Shown piece after piece: positions 13,631 to 27,226 of a DNA stretch of 64,000 nt. The position numbers and the translations under genes are program-made. The notes beneath the pieces were generated by a model, which did not search any database, was not told the DNA's origin, and worked only from the letters and a program-made list of their open reading frames with translations. Every line of letters starts with the position of its first letter. The stretch's first letter is position 1. The stretch is from Dipteris shenzhenensis (lineage: Eukaryota), in assembly GCA_047967505.1 (NCBI GenBank), contig CM106538.1; one strand, written 5' to 3'.

Positions 13631-14289
13631 ATGACATGTGAAAGTTATGTTACTTGTAAAAGTGTTGTCCATGGTAATTTCGCCAATGAAATTACCTTGG
13701 AAGACCTACTTCAAAGGGTTTTTTCTGTGGCGAAACTACCTTCGATGGCTTGCTTCAATGAGGTTTCTTTGGAGAAACCCTTCCTGGTAGATAGGTCAAG
13801 AGAGTGTTTTCAATGTCACCCCTACTAAGAAGGATCATAAGAGAATGTTCATAAAGAAATCCACTCTACATGTGGGTTTCTTCAAAAGCCCTCCCATTAT
13901 CTTATTCACCATCCCTAAATATTTATGTAGAAATTTGTGTAAAAAATAGGCATTCCTATAATATTTTTGCAGATTTCTAAGGGGAATTATGTTTTCTTTC
14001 GATGCAATTTTTGCCATATTTTTACATAGTTGGAAGCTTTTTTAAATTTTCATCACCCGAATGTTCGAAAGATTTTTCTTGAAAAATGGTCGACCCCTAT
14101 GAGGATGAAAATAAATATTGTATAACTGTACATTCCTCGTACATTCGAGTATATAATATATCCTTAACTTGTGTATCTATAAAGATTGAATGACAAAACT
14201 TGCAATTTCTTATACCTCTGTTTTGCTTTTCTTATAGTGCTTTGAAACCTAGAAATTTATTTTTTATAAGAGAATACTATGTAGTATTG

Positions 14290-15505
14290 AGTGTGAGGAT
14301 GAATATCAAAAGGATAAATGAGGATGAAAGTATATATTGTATGTCTATACAATATAAAGTGTAATGCATGAAAATCAAAAGGATAAGGAAGGATGAAAGA
14401 AACTATATATTGTATATCAAAAGCAAATACGTGTGAGGATGAATATCAAAAGGATAAGTGAATGATATCATTACAATAATATAAAGGAAAATGCATGAAC
14501 ATCAAAAGGCAATATGAGTGAGGATGAATATACAAAAGCTTAATTATGAGAAACTATATATTGTATATCACATAAGCTAGTGTGAGGATGAATATCAAAA
14601 AGGGAAATACACAAATATCAAAAGGATGAGGAAAGATGAAAGTATCTTGAATATCAAAAGGAAATACGAGTGTGAATATGAATAGATCCCCATGATGAGT
14701 TTTATTAATTTATTAGTGAAAGTTGAGGGGGGTTGTGGCTTTGTGTGAATGACTAAGGTACGCTCTTATCCAAATATTAAATGTTCTAGAAGGTTCTTCC
14801 AAAGGCGGTGGTGTCTAGTATCTGGAAGGATGAATATACAAAAGGAATGAGAGATTATATAAAATAATCTTTCTTATCCTTAATTTTGATTTTCTTATAG
14901 TGCTTTGAAACCTAGAAATTCCTTTTTTATTTGAGGATGAGCAATTGTATAGAGTGTGAGGATGAATATCAAAAGGATAAGTGAGGATGAAAGTATATAT
15001 CGTATATCATTGCAACATAAAGGGCAATACATGAATATCAAAAGGATAAAGATGGGTGAAAGAAACTATATTGTATATCAAAAGGAAATACGAGTGTGAG
15101 TATGAATATACAAAAGGAAATACGGGGAAATGCATGAATATCCAAAGATAAGTGAGGATGAAAGAAGTTATGTATTTAATATTAAAAGGAAATATGATTG
15201 TGAGGATGTACATGTAAATACAGGGAGTACATGAATATCAAAAGGATAAGTGAGGATGAAAGATTCTATATATTGTATATGAAAAGGAAATATGAGTATG
15301 AGGATGAATATACAAAAGGAAAAATGATTGTGAGGGTGAATATACAAACAAAAATACATGAATATCAAAAGGAAATATGAGTGTGAGCATGAATATACAA
15401 AATCAAATACATGAATATCAAAATGAAAATACGAGTGTGAGGATGAATGTCAAAAGGAAATACATGAATATCAAAATAATAAGTGAGGATGAAAGAAACT
15501 ATTTA
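14290..15505. repeat. Degenerate minisatellite-like array built on gtgaggatgaa(tatcaaaagga)
   Basis: The motif recurs many times across the interval. Confidence 0.8.
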
Positions 15506-15599
15506 TTGTATTTCCAAAGAGGAGGGTTTTATATTAAAAGTCACAGTGAAGTGGTATGGTAAATACAACTGTTCCTTTCAGAAACTGCGACCATCACTG

Positions 15600-16700
15600 C
15601 TTAGAGAATCTAATATTCTTCCTTTGGGACAAACATGCCATGACAAAAGGTAACAAATACAACAATAGTGTCAGAAGCTCGGTGTGCCTACTGTGTGTTT
15701 CTTAGCTCCGCATTGCACTGGGGCTCAAACTATCTCTATGGCGTCTCTTGAGTCAAAGCATTGAACCGTTGCTGACTCTACCAGTTACTCTCATTCCAAG
15801 CTCTGTTGGTAGCACTTCTTGGATCGGTTCAGGCCACACGCCACTTGTATTGCATGTATGGGATGCTTCCTTCCATCGAGATAGGAGAGGGGATTAGTGC
15901 AGTTGACCAAGGGGTCATCGTTGGTTCTTTGGGGGGAGGAGGGACGTCTGCTGCCTTTGGGCACTTTTTTGTGCCTTCTCTTTCTCTTGAAGCTCGTGTG
16001 TGTAGGGCACCATGAGGTCCCACACCTTTCGCATGAGCTAGTACTGAGTGCCTTCTTCTTTTTAAGGCCCACCTTTACCTCCTTTGTCATCTTGTCAAGT
16101 GCCTCCCAATTTTTTCTACGTTTAGACACCACGTTAGTAACATGAGAGCAACATCAATATAATCATTTCAAAAATTAACAGAACATCTCTGAGTCCATAA
16201 CACCCAAAGTGCTTGCGCTTGTACCACTTGCTAGTGCCCTAGTGCTCTTAAAGGAGTGTCTCCCAAGAGTAGGTATGCATAATGCATCGAAACACCCATT
16301 ATTTGTCTTCTCATAAGGTTCCAAACATTGGTTGCATATACAATTCATGATGAGGTGGGGAATATACTCTGTCTCCCTTTTGCAACGTGCACACTTCTCG
16401 TCCCTCACCCAATTCTTTGTGCTTTACCCACTATCCATACTCCCTTGTGTATGATGATCCATAGCAAGCATGATTTTTTTTTGGGGTATTTCCTTGTCCC
16501 ACATCTTTTCAAACCTCCTTTCCCATTTTTTCACCGAGTCCCATCTTATCCATTTTCGGTTGAGATGTGCAACTAGTTCCTCTTGGTGTTCGTGAATGAT
16601 GGGCATCGGGCTGAGTTGATTTTGCCCCGCCCATCTGAATTCTTTGATTGAGAGCTTGGACCTTCCTCACATCCATGCTAGTGATTCCACATCCCACAGA
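15600..16700 (-). pseudogene. zf-RVT-like (LINE RT-associated zinc-binding) remnant
   Basis: Minus-strand WERRFEKMWDKEIPQKKIMLA(W)...EKCARCKRETEYIPHLIMNC matches the zf-RVT pattern W..P.K...W...C..C....E...HL...C. No RT core is visible. Confidence 0.6.
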
Positions 16701-17189
16701 TTCTTTCGTTCCTTGATTAAGCTGGTATCGAATTAGTTTAGTCTGAATTCTGTTGCTACCACCTCATCACACTTCCACTTTCTGTTTGGCCTGTCCCGCA
16801 AGTCTTGCTAGCATCTAATTCCTTTTTTGTTAAGACGGAGGGCCACTCATCTTTGCCCGTAGCCCATGCAAATCATAGGTTGGCTTGGAGAGACCACCGC
16901 ACTAGTTTTGGGCATAATAATGAGATGCAATTTGTCATTCTGAGCATCGCCTCGGCATAGTCTCTAGCCTAACAACCTATCATCGCCCAGAATTCAAGGT
17001 TGTCTTGGAGAGACCACCATGCTGGTTCTTGGAGTTATAGATCCATTAGCTATTTTTACGTATTACAAGAGGAGGTCTATGATGACCAGCGTGTTGGCAA
17101 ACAGAAGGAGATCTATGAAAGCCACTACACTGGTTCTTTGAGTTATATATTTGTGTACTAAGAAAAATGTGTTCCGTTGTGCAACCAAG

Positions 17190-17373
17190 AAAAATGCAAT
17201 TGAGGATATGGCCCTTGAGGGGTCCCCTCTAGGGGCAAGGGCCATATCGACATGCATTATACAATATCCCATGAAACTGTCCAGTGGAATCCTGGATATT
17301 GTATAATGCATGTCGATATGGCCCTTGCCCCTAGAGGGGACCCCTCAAGGGCCATATCCTCAATTGCATTTTT
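17190..17373. repeat. Perfect 80-bp inverted repeat with 24-nt loop; each arm contains its own hairpin
   Basis: Arm 17190-17269 is the exact reverse complement of 17294-17373. Confidence 0.95.
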
Positions 17374-19248
17374 TGAAAGTTTAAGTATCTCCATGCAACC
17401 ACAACGGTGGAGTCGTTGGATAGGTAGCGGCCATAACCATTCAAATATAGATATAAAAGTTAACAACAGTGCATATTGAGAGCCTCAAATTGAACAAAAA
17501 GAGATTACATAAATGCCTTAGAGACTAAAACATTAGATCCAGTGAGCCAAAAAATTGTTGAGAGCCCAAAAGATCGTTGAGAGCCCAAAAGATTACATCC
17601 ATCCATTGCTGAGAGCCTCATCTGAGCAAGAGGGAATTTGTACAACTCAATTTTCTGCCAGTCTAGCTTGTTGCATTAAAATTTTTTAGGGAGCCAAATG
17701 AGGATACGATGGAGAGGCCAAAGAACATGCACATTGCTAGGACTCAGATTATGGCCCCCCCAGCAAGTCGAGAGTACTCGGTAACCCATATAGCACAGCC
17801 ATAAAGAGGCCCTCTGTGAGCATGTCATCTAAGGTGATGACATTCAGATGTGTGGGGAATCGACTATGGGAACGAAGGGTCTCCACTAGTGCTAGCATTT
17901 CTACTCCAGGTGAGTGCAACACAATCACCTTATATGATAAGGTAGATAACATTGGGATCACAGAGCATCAAGGGGGAGTGGTAGTAGGCATGCTGAAGAT
18001 GAGTGGGTGAGCAGTAGATGGGCAAGGGAGCAGATGAGTGACGAGAGTTGGAGGAGGGAGCATGGAGCAAGTAGAGTAGGGGTGGAAAAGAGCTAGAGGA
18101 GGGGTGTGGAGCAAAGTAGCAGAGCATGGGTGGATCAGAGCAATGTAGTAAAATGCCAAATGCCACAGATCTTATATATATTATAAAGTTTGAGCCATCA
18201 TGGTGGCTGGAGCCTGGGGTTCCATCCATATTAATTGCAGGCCATTGCGGTGGAATCCCCCAAATGGGCTGGTAATCATGAAGAAGACGCCATGTGGTGC
18301 CACTCCGGTGGCTGGTAATTAATTGCCAGCCCAGTGGAATCTTAGCCATGAGAGACGGGGCTTATGAGAGCCACCACCACCGAGTAGTAATTCCCACAAA
18401 GGTAAATCATGAAACTCTAATCACTCATTACCATGCACTCTAGTTCTCTACTGAGCATACAAGCCCAGTGATTGGTAATTTTTACTGCACTCATAGTGAT
18501 CATGCATGCTAAAGCATGGTGGTGGGTGAGCGGTGGCACGGTGGAATTGTAGCCACGATAGACGTGACTGATGACAGCCCCACCATCAGGCAGTAATTCC
18601 CAAAAAAAGTAAATCATGAAGCCTAACCACCTCTAATCCATCATTACCATGGACTCTAGTACTCTCCTAAGCATGCAAGCCTGGTGGCTGGTAATTTATT
18701 GCACTCGTAGTAATCATGCATGCAAGCCCAGTGGCGGTAACTAGAAGCTGAGTAATTGCAGGCCACTACAGTGGCTAGTAATTAATTGCCAGTTCGGTGG
18801 GTCTTAGCCGCCACCATAGATGTGGCTGAGAATCTTAGATGCCACCACCTCTAATCATTCATTATGATGCAAGTCAGTACTACCACCTTGAATTATTCAA
18901 AATTCGAGCCAACCACCGTAGTGGCTCTCACCTTGACACAGTAGTTGGGTTACAACCACCGTGGTGGCTCACAGCTTGACAGACTAGTCACAGTTATTCC
19001 ATTCCCTTAACTGTTTCGTCTTCTATCCTTCTCGAACATTTCATTCTCCCTTGCAATCTGAAGCCTCCACTATTCCCTTTCCTTCACTGCTTCATCTTTT
19101 ATCCCTCTCAACCATTTCTTTCTCCCTTGCAATCGAACTGCAAACTCAAGCCTCCACTATTCCATTTCCTTCACTATTTCATCTTCTATCCCTCTCGACC
19201 ATTTCTATCTCCCTTGCACTCTTCCTACAACTTCTATCCCCTCTCGTA

Positions 19249-21353
19249 ATGGATCCTGCACAGTCTAGGAGCTCCTCACACAATTTTCCTCCCCCTCTGC
19301 ACCACAGTGCGAGAGCCCCTCCTCCCCTAATCTTGAAATCGTGACATATGGGAGCTCCTCTCTCACTCTTCAAAACCCCAATTTGGATGCTCTCCAAAGC
19401 TTCACCAAGTTGGTACAGGAGGTGAACGTGAAGGAGGGGCAACTAGGCTATAAAGGTCAGAAGATTACCATCAATGAAAGAGTGATTGAAAATGCTCTAG
19501 GAATTTTTGGAGGCAGTTTGCAAGCACAATTTTTCGAGAAGCAATGGAAGATACAGGATGTTCTAGACGTATACCCCAAGGCTTAGATTAGTAAAGATGG
19601 GAGTCAAGATTTTGAGCTTGTCAACAGGCCTCCAAGATGTGCTGAAGAGGACATTCACTTCTTTCCTGATACGAGAGGAACCTGTAAGTTCTGATAGGTT
19701 CAAGCAGCATTAGAGCAACTGAAATTATGTGATGTATCTTTCTCAAGAGCGATCTCCAAGAGTGTGTTAACCAACCCAAAGAATTGCATGGATGGCAAAT
19801 CCCAATTGTCATCTCAGTCTGCTAGAGTTGCAATACACCTGATGGCATCTACCCTCAAAGGGATTTTTGAGCAATACGATAAGGAGATGTCTTAGAAGGT
19901 GACTTTTCTACAAGAGAGCGACTGATGCAGCAAAGGTAGCACAACTTGAGAAAAGTCTCAGGGAAGGTGTAGAAGCCAAGGTAGAGGAGGCAAAAGTGAG
20001 GGCCTTGTAGGCATAAGAGCAAGCTAAGGCCGCTACAAAATTGGTTGACATGGAAAGGCATAGAAGAGAAGAAGCAGAGAAGCGCATGAAGGATCTCCGA
20101 GATAGGCTCGAAGAAGTGAGAAATGACAGGGATATGGCAGACAAGGAGCTAGAAAAGATGCGAAAGGATCTTGAAGATCAGAGAGCCGAAAAGGAGGGTC
20201 TTTACAAATGGCTTTGCAACATGCAGAACGCATTGAATATTGAAAAAGACCAGATGATGGAGGAGCTGAAAAGGGAGAATGCAAAAACAAAAAAGGTGAT
20301 TCAAGAACTGCGAGAGAGCTTCAAAGCCAAGAAGGATGGGGCAGAGGGCAACTGGGGTGGAGAAGACAATGAGGTAGCTCCCAGGCCAGGAAGGATATAG
20401 AGAGTAGCCACAGTGGAGCAAGTTTTAGCCACCATGGTGGAGCAATTTGCAGTAGCCACCCACGGTGAGGGTTGTCTTTTTGAAACACTGTTGGAAGTCC
20501 AAAGAGCAAGCTACTAGACCCTGCAAGAAGATCAGGATAGATGTTTGCACAAGCTTGCCGTGGCTTTTGACAGTTATGAAAAGCAGTCCGTCGTCCTGAG
20601 AGATTTACAAACTAGAGTGGAAGTCTTGGAAACGGCCCATAATGATGTTTTCAGCAATTTATGTAGCTTCAACATATGCTAAGGGATTCAAATGAAGCTG
20701 TTGCATAGAGTGAGCTAAAAGTGGAGGAGATGAAGGAGAACATCTGCATCCTTAGGATGAGGGAGGAAGGAATCAAGAAGCAACTTTGTCATGTATAGAG
20801 AAAGATTGTGGTATTGACGGCCACAATAGTTAAATCGGGTGCCTATCCTACTATGCACCAGGGTTTAAAATGCATGGTCTGCCATACCCCCATCATAGAT
20901 GACTACTGTATTCGATGACCCGCTTGCTACCACCCTGTGCACATTTTTTGCTTTGGAGTGTTTGTGCATACAAAATCTCTATGTAGAGAATGACATTTGC
21001 CATTGTCCAGGTCATGGACAGATCAAATGTGCATGCCTGCTACAACTATCTACTATGATGAGAAAGTAGATGCTACAGCTCAATTTGCCATTTGGGCAAA
21101 AGATCTTAAAGACAAGGAGCTCAAATTGAAGAAGGCCAATGACTGCGAGGAAAAGGAGCCTAAAGGGAGGAACCAGCCCCCTTCAAGAAAGGAGCCAGAA
21201 GGGTCAAGCTTGCAACCAGGAAGCTCAAATCAAGGAAAGAGGAAGCGGCATGAAGGGAGGGACTCGGCCCCTGTAGGAAGGAGCCAGCCCCATTCTGGAA
21301 AGGAGCAAGGAGGGCCAAGCCTGCAATCAGGGAGCTCAACAAGGAGTCCTTGA
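19249..21353 (+). pseudogene. Decayed coiled-coil plus RING-H2 gene, probably a TE accessory ORF
   Basis: Long E/K/R coiled-coil (20041-20400). At 20871-20993, CMVC-x14-CYHPVHIFC-x10-CRE* is a RING-H2 pattern with the last Cys replaced by TGA. Multiple stops and frameshifts. Confidence 0.6.
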
Positions 21354-21540
21354 GATGTAATCTGAAGTAAAGGAGTCTTTGAGATTGTAATCTATGTAAT
21401 TTGTGTGTAATCTATTGAATTGTTAATCTTCTCCAGAGTTTACTTGGGCAATGTTTTCTCAGCTATGTGACTAGATAGTGTCCTTTGACCCATGCCAACA
21501 CGGTGATAATAATAAGATGAAAGATTTTGATTTGACAAGT

Positions 21541-21680
21541 AATGTGAGATGAAAGATTTTAATTAGATCACTTAAGTGAGACTGAAATATTTCGATTAAT
21601 GAACTAATGTGAGACGAAAGATTTCGATTAGACAACTAATGTGAGACGAAAGATTTCGATTAGACAACTAACATGAGACT
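21541..21680. repeat. About 32-bp tandem repeat (aatgtgagacgaaagatttcgattagacaact), about 4.5 copies
   Basis: Read directly; head-to-tail units without unique spacers. Confidence 0.85.
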
Positions 21681-24659
21681 AAAGAATGAGAAGGTCAGGC
21701 TCAATGAACTCTCTCCCTATTTTAGTGCAATGTAGACACAACTAAGAGCCCATTATGAAATCTAGCCCCAAAACTATGTACACTGATCCAAACTCTATAC
21801 ACCAATCCACCTATAACGAATATATGGCATACCCAAATAACTTTGGAATGCTATTGTTCTATCTGAAAACGATGTTGGATGGCATCCTCATAAAAATAGA
21901 CCCGGAGAAGGAGGAAAATAGCTACAAGGAGGACATTCTTTGGTGGTGGGTGTATTACTTGGAGTCAACACAAACGGTGAATATTAATTTTCGTGGCTAT
22001 TGTTTTTCTTGCTCTTTTAAGGTGCTTGTCAAGCTCATGATGTAGGTTTCTTTTGGCAGGACATGATAGAGGCACGAAGATGTATAGACCCCCAGCGAAA
22101 GGAGGAGTTACTATGGGCATATAAGTTGGCAGAGTCAAGCAAGCAGTGTGTAATCTGAGTGTGTGAAGAGGTCTACCATTGTGCAGCAGACTGGCCTCAA
22201 GAGCTGGGAGATGCTTGCCATAGAGAGGCTGATAAGATAGTGTAGGGATAGCATGGTAGTAGTGTAGGATTAATGTAAGATAAGCTATCGCCAGGCAGTG
22301 GCTGGTTGCACTAGGATATGAACAGCCACTAGCGTGGTGGTTTGGTTATATTATTACAAGATGAATGGATTTGTAGGATGTGTGGATTCATTATCGGAAA
22401 CCAACACGGTGGTTGTTGGGATATACTAAAAGCAAGCATGGGATGAAATATGACGGTTAATGAAACGTTGAATAAAGCCAGCATAGTGGTTGTCTGGGAT
22501 ATATTAAAAAGAAGCAGTTTCAATACAAATTCCATTTTGTAGGACACGTGGACATATTGTTTCCCTACAATGAGACTACGTACATTTTCTTAGTACTATC
22601 TCAGTCGTCCTCGTCCACTGCTCCAAGACACCCCAAGATGTGCTCATGTGTGTCTAAATCCAATTTGAAGACACTCTTGCCCTTCTTTCGTTGTGGCACA
22701 AGTTGCATCTGGAACTTAACAGTTCTTACTAGATGAGAGTACACACATGTTTGTGGACTCTTATGTAGCAGTTCGTAATTGTGGCCACCAATATATCTAA
22801 AGGTGACAAAATCCTTGGAACCTTGCACACCTGACACATCTTGCAAATGCCATGGAAAAGTGCAACATTTGGCACCGTTGCGAGGGAGACTAGCATCTTA
22901 AGTAAAAAGTAAACAGATGCAGGTATGTGTGAAAAACAAACCACCATGAATTATCAAGGACATATCACTCAAGGGCTAGGAGAGTGAATTGTTTTTCCAA
23001 CTCTAGCAAAAAAGAAGAGTCCTAAGCAGAGACCTTTGGTTACTGGCTTAAGAGATTTTATGTTTCTTAAAAAATAGCCACTTAAAGTTGTTTCAGTCCA
23101 TCTAATGGACACCAATATGTAGAGCTGGAAATTTCAAACATTTTTTCTTTTAACAAAAAAACGATCCGAGATAAGTATGAAAAGTAATGGGCAAGGGAAG
23201 GTTAAAGGGTAAAACTAGATCTAGCCCTTGTGCACAAAAATGGAATTTGAAAATCCAATTAATCCAATTATACAAATGTGGACAAATTGGGAGGTGCACA
23301 AGTGTTGACTAAATCCACCCCTCCCACCTTCCTTTCTTATAAAAACCCTCTCAACCCCCTCATTCCTCTTCCTCAACATCTAGCCTCCATCCTTTTCCAA
23401 ATTCTGAGCCCCACACAACACCCTCCTCCCTCTCCATCGAATGCACCCTACTTCCATCCTTATCCTCGAGTTTGTTGTTGTGATGTCCTAGCCATCCACC
23501 CATAGTCTCTAACCCCCTCACACCCCCCTCACACACCCCCCTCACATGCCCCCCTCACACACCCGCAACCCCTAACACCTCCCACCCCTTAGACCTTGGA
23601 TCGACTAGATAGCGAGGCGATCACATAGAACCAGTTGGTGGTTGCTCCAGGTCTGTAACTGATGACCACTTGCAATGGGCAACACACTGCTCATGATGGT
23701 GGTGCCTGGCAAGCGATGCCTAGCGTCGGTGGTAGTGAGGCCTCACCTGCTCACTTGACCACCCTCACCCTACCTCTAACCTCCCCTGCTCTCCGGCCTT
23801 CAACCTCATTGCCCTTTTTCTCAAAGCCCCCCCTCGCATCTTCACCCCCCCTCATCCCTACTCACACAGCCCTCGTCCCTTCCCTCCCCCACTCGGCCAA
23901 TAGCTGGTGGTTGCCCCCTGGTCTTTTAAGAGAAAAGAAAACTCACCCCACCAACTAACCTCATGTTAGTTAGGTTTACTAATAGTAGGCTAGTAATGTT
24001 AGGTTAGCTTAATTGAGGAGTTAGATTAGTTGGACTAATTGGTTAGTTAGGCTAGTCGGATAGTTAGGTTAGTTAGACTAACTAGTTAGTTATGTTAATC
24101 GAGTAGTTAGGGTAACTAGTGAGTTGATTAACTAAGCTAGTTTAGTTATCTTAGCTATAGGCCAATTCACACTAATCCTTAAGGCCTTATTTTCACCCTA
24201 ATTTAACACTCCATACCTCGCCCATTTGGGATCTGAATTAGACCTTGTCTTGAACCCATATTTCACACACAAAAACACCATGCTACGAGGTATTTTTCCA
24301 GTCCGTTATGCACCATTTTGGAATCCCTAGCATTTAGTAATTTGTGCTCTCTTGTGGTCCTATTTTTGCACTAAATCACTTGTAACTTTCACTCGTGACC
24401 TGGGATTGATGATACGTTTGCATCGGCACATTCCCACTCTCAAGGTGGGCATCCTAGGCACATTTTCTAGCATGAAGATACCAACACATCTCTAACCCCC
24501 ATAATGCTCACAATTCATTTTCGAATCAAAGGAGGACACACTCAATCGCCCATTTGGCAAGTGCACATGCAACTACGATCCGACTGACATCTATGATGAC
24601 CCTCGTCACCAAATTCACCTTCTCAAATTAATCCAACCCATCGTCCTCCTCCAATCCAC

Positions 24660-26790
24660 AACATGGCAGAGCGCGGTTATGATGATGATGACCTTGACTT
24701 AGAGGGGGTTGGAAACAACATCTTCAACCACCCAAACTTCAATGAATGACAAAATAACAACCATGAAAGAAGACCCTGAGGAAATCTTGAACTTTCAAAA
24801 TACAATGGACAGGGTGATCGAGAGAGGTTCCTTCAACTATTTGATGCCGCATGTAGAGTAGCAGGTGATCAATCCAATGAGAGGAAAGCCATGTGACTCC
24901 CCCCTTGAATGAAGCCTTCGAATGGTACTTAGACATTCTGGTAGATGAACATGCCACATGGGCCCTTCTTTTAAACTAATTCAAGAGGCAATTCCAAACT
25001 GACACCTTCAAGATGACTCGGCTCTTCAACTGGGAAGGATCGAACAAGGCCGTAGAGAAGAAGTCTGCACATATTTGGGCCAAATGAAGCACCTGATTAA
25101 TAAATGCAAGCCACACCCAAATGATAATACTTGATGGCCTGGTTCATAACTGATCTAAAAAAGAAGATACGCAAAGAAATGAAAAGAATCGACACAATTA
25201 GAAGACGTCCAGTGTTGCTCATGCGGCAGTGGTGGAGATTGAAGATGGAATGATAGATTTTGACTCTACTAGTGCTGATGTCAAGGATAGACGTTCCAAA
25301 AAGGAAAAATATAAGTCAACTGCAAGAACATCCAATGGCCGCTTCTCAGCCATGATTGTGAAGCTAAGGGATGAAATGATGCAAGCAATGGAGCAAAAGA
25401 TTTGTGTATCTCAATCGTAACCTCCAACATGTCCAAGGTGAACAAATGTATGGTGTTTGTATTGCATGGAAAGCCATATGGCAAATGACATGCCCTGTCT
25501 TGAGGTCTAGGATCAATGCACAATCAAATCCACCTCCAAGGCTATGGTGTCATATTTGTGCAATCAGTGGGCACGACGAGAGAAATTGCATGTTCAACAT
25601 ACAAAACAATCTACCTTGATATGAACAATATAAACTAGCACCCATTCCAACATACAAGCAACCAACATTTTCCCAAGCATTGCCAGCCTCCAAGACTCAA
25701 TCCTATTCTAGTCTGAACCCAAGCTCCACAGCTTCTCAGAAATTCTCATCCATAGCAATACGAAAGAGCACCGAATCCCTCTCCTCCAACAGTTCCACTA
25801 CAACTTGCTCAAGCCGAGGAAGTGGATCCACAATTTGAATATGAGGCTGAGTACTCAGTGTGCTATGTGGAAGGAGAAAAAGGACTGATACCAGTCTATG
25901 CGAATCAAGTTTGACCAAACACATATTGAGCATCAATAAAGTGCCACAGTTGTGGAGAGAATCACCAAATTGCAAAGTGCCCCCAGTGTGGTAGCCTCGC
26001 TACTTTCCAACCACTCTACAGAGACTGTGGTATTGGCCATGCTTGCATGCATTGTCCCCTCAAGTCCAAACCCATGCAACAAAATGAGGCTAAGCTTGAT
26101 GTTCCAATATGCATCATTGGGGTTGATTAACAAAGTGTAGGGATCAAAAGCCTTATGTCGCAACTAGTAAATGTCATCACGTAGCAACAAAAAGAGGCAG
26201 CCAAGCAATCAATTCTTGCTCAAGAAAAAAATATTCTCCTATAGAAAACACAAGCGCCAATTCCTCCACCAAGCAAAAAAGTACCGAGTATGTCAACCTA
26301 AAATTCATATCCACTTATCAATGAAGTTCCATACTCGAATGCCGAATTGGAGCAAGCTCAATTTCTAGTAGTTAGACAATGGGTGGAGAAGGAACAAGCC
26401 CATTTTGAAGCTGAAAAGTAAGAGCAAGATCCACTCCTTGACTTGGCTCCACCAAGTATTGACACCATAATCGAGCCTCTATTCCATCAACTAGGGCCAT
26501 AGAACAATGCTCTACAATGCCAACTAGAGGTATAGACCTCCCGAGCATCGTGAGTTACCCCATCTCCATCCCCATTGGAATCCCCTTATAGAATTGTTTC
26601 AACCTTGAATCAACAAATCACCCTCCACCTGTGGAAGAAACAAAAGACATCCCAGTCTGATTGGGTGAGAGAGATGACATACACAATATCATTGTGCCTT
26701 TGATCCATAAAGCACATGATGAGGTCTAAGCCATTATGAATGGAGGCATAGGTGTGAATGTTTTATCAAAGGATCTCTATGATGCATGGG
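24660..26790 (+). pseudogene. Ty3/gypsy gag-protease remnant, cut off by the copia LTR at 26791
   Basis: CCHC knuckle WCHICAISGHDERNC (about 25545-25590). Aspartic-protease-like IMNGGIGVNVLSKDLYDAW at about 26733-26789. Confidence 0.65.
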
Positions 26791-27192
26791 TGTGGGGGTT
26801 AAAGGCCATTGTTACTTAACCTCGGATATGTACAATACTCAAATACATATATATATGGATGACATAGAAGATTAGGTTATTCTACACCCACCAAAAACTT
26901 GTGTGGTTCTCTCTTCTGGCTCTTTTTCTCTCTCACCTTCTTTTGTTCTGCTTTCATTGTTGAGATCTCTCAACTGGTATCAGAGCACGGGTGTTCTAAG
27001 CTGAGCTCAGGTGTGAGCCTATGTGAGCCTAGAGCCCTCGAAGTCTACTACTACATCTCTGTGGGAGGAAGGAGAAGCTCCGTTGGGTGACTTTACTTGC
27101 ATCCTGGTGTGCAGAGACCTTGCAAAAACCTTTGGAAAGTTCTCTGAGCTGGAGAGGTAAAAGGAGTGCAAATGGTGCTCAATGATGATGTG

Positions 27193-27226
<34 letters not shown>

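Noticed and set aside
21541-21680. CRISPR-like array
   Set aside because: Head-to-tail repeats with no unique spacers, no cas genes, eukaryotic context.
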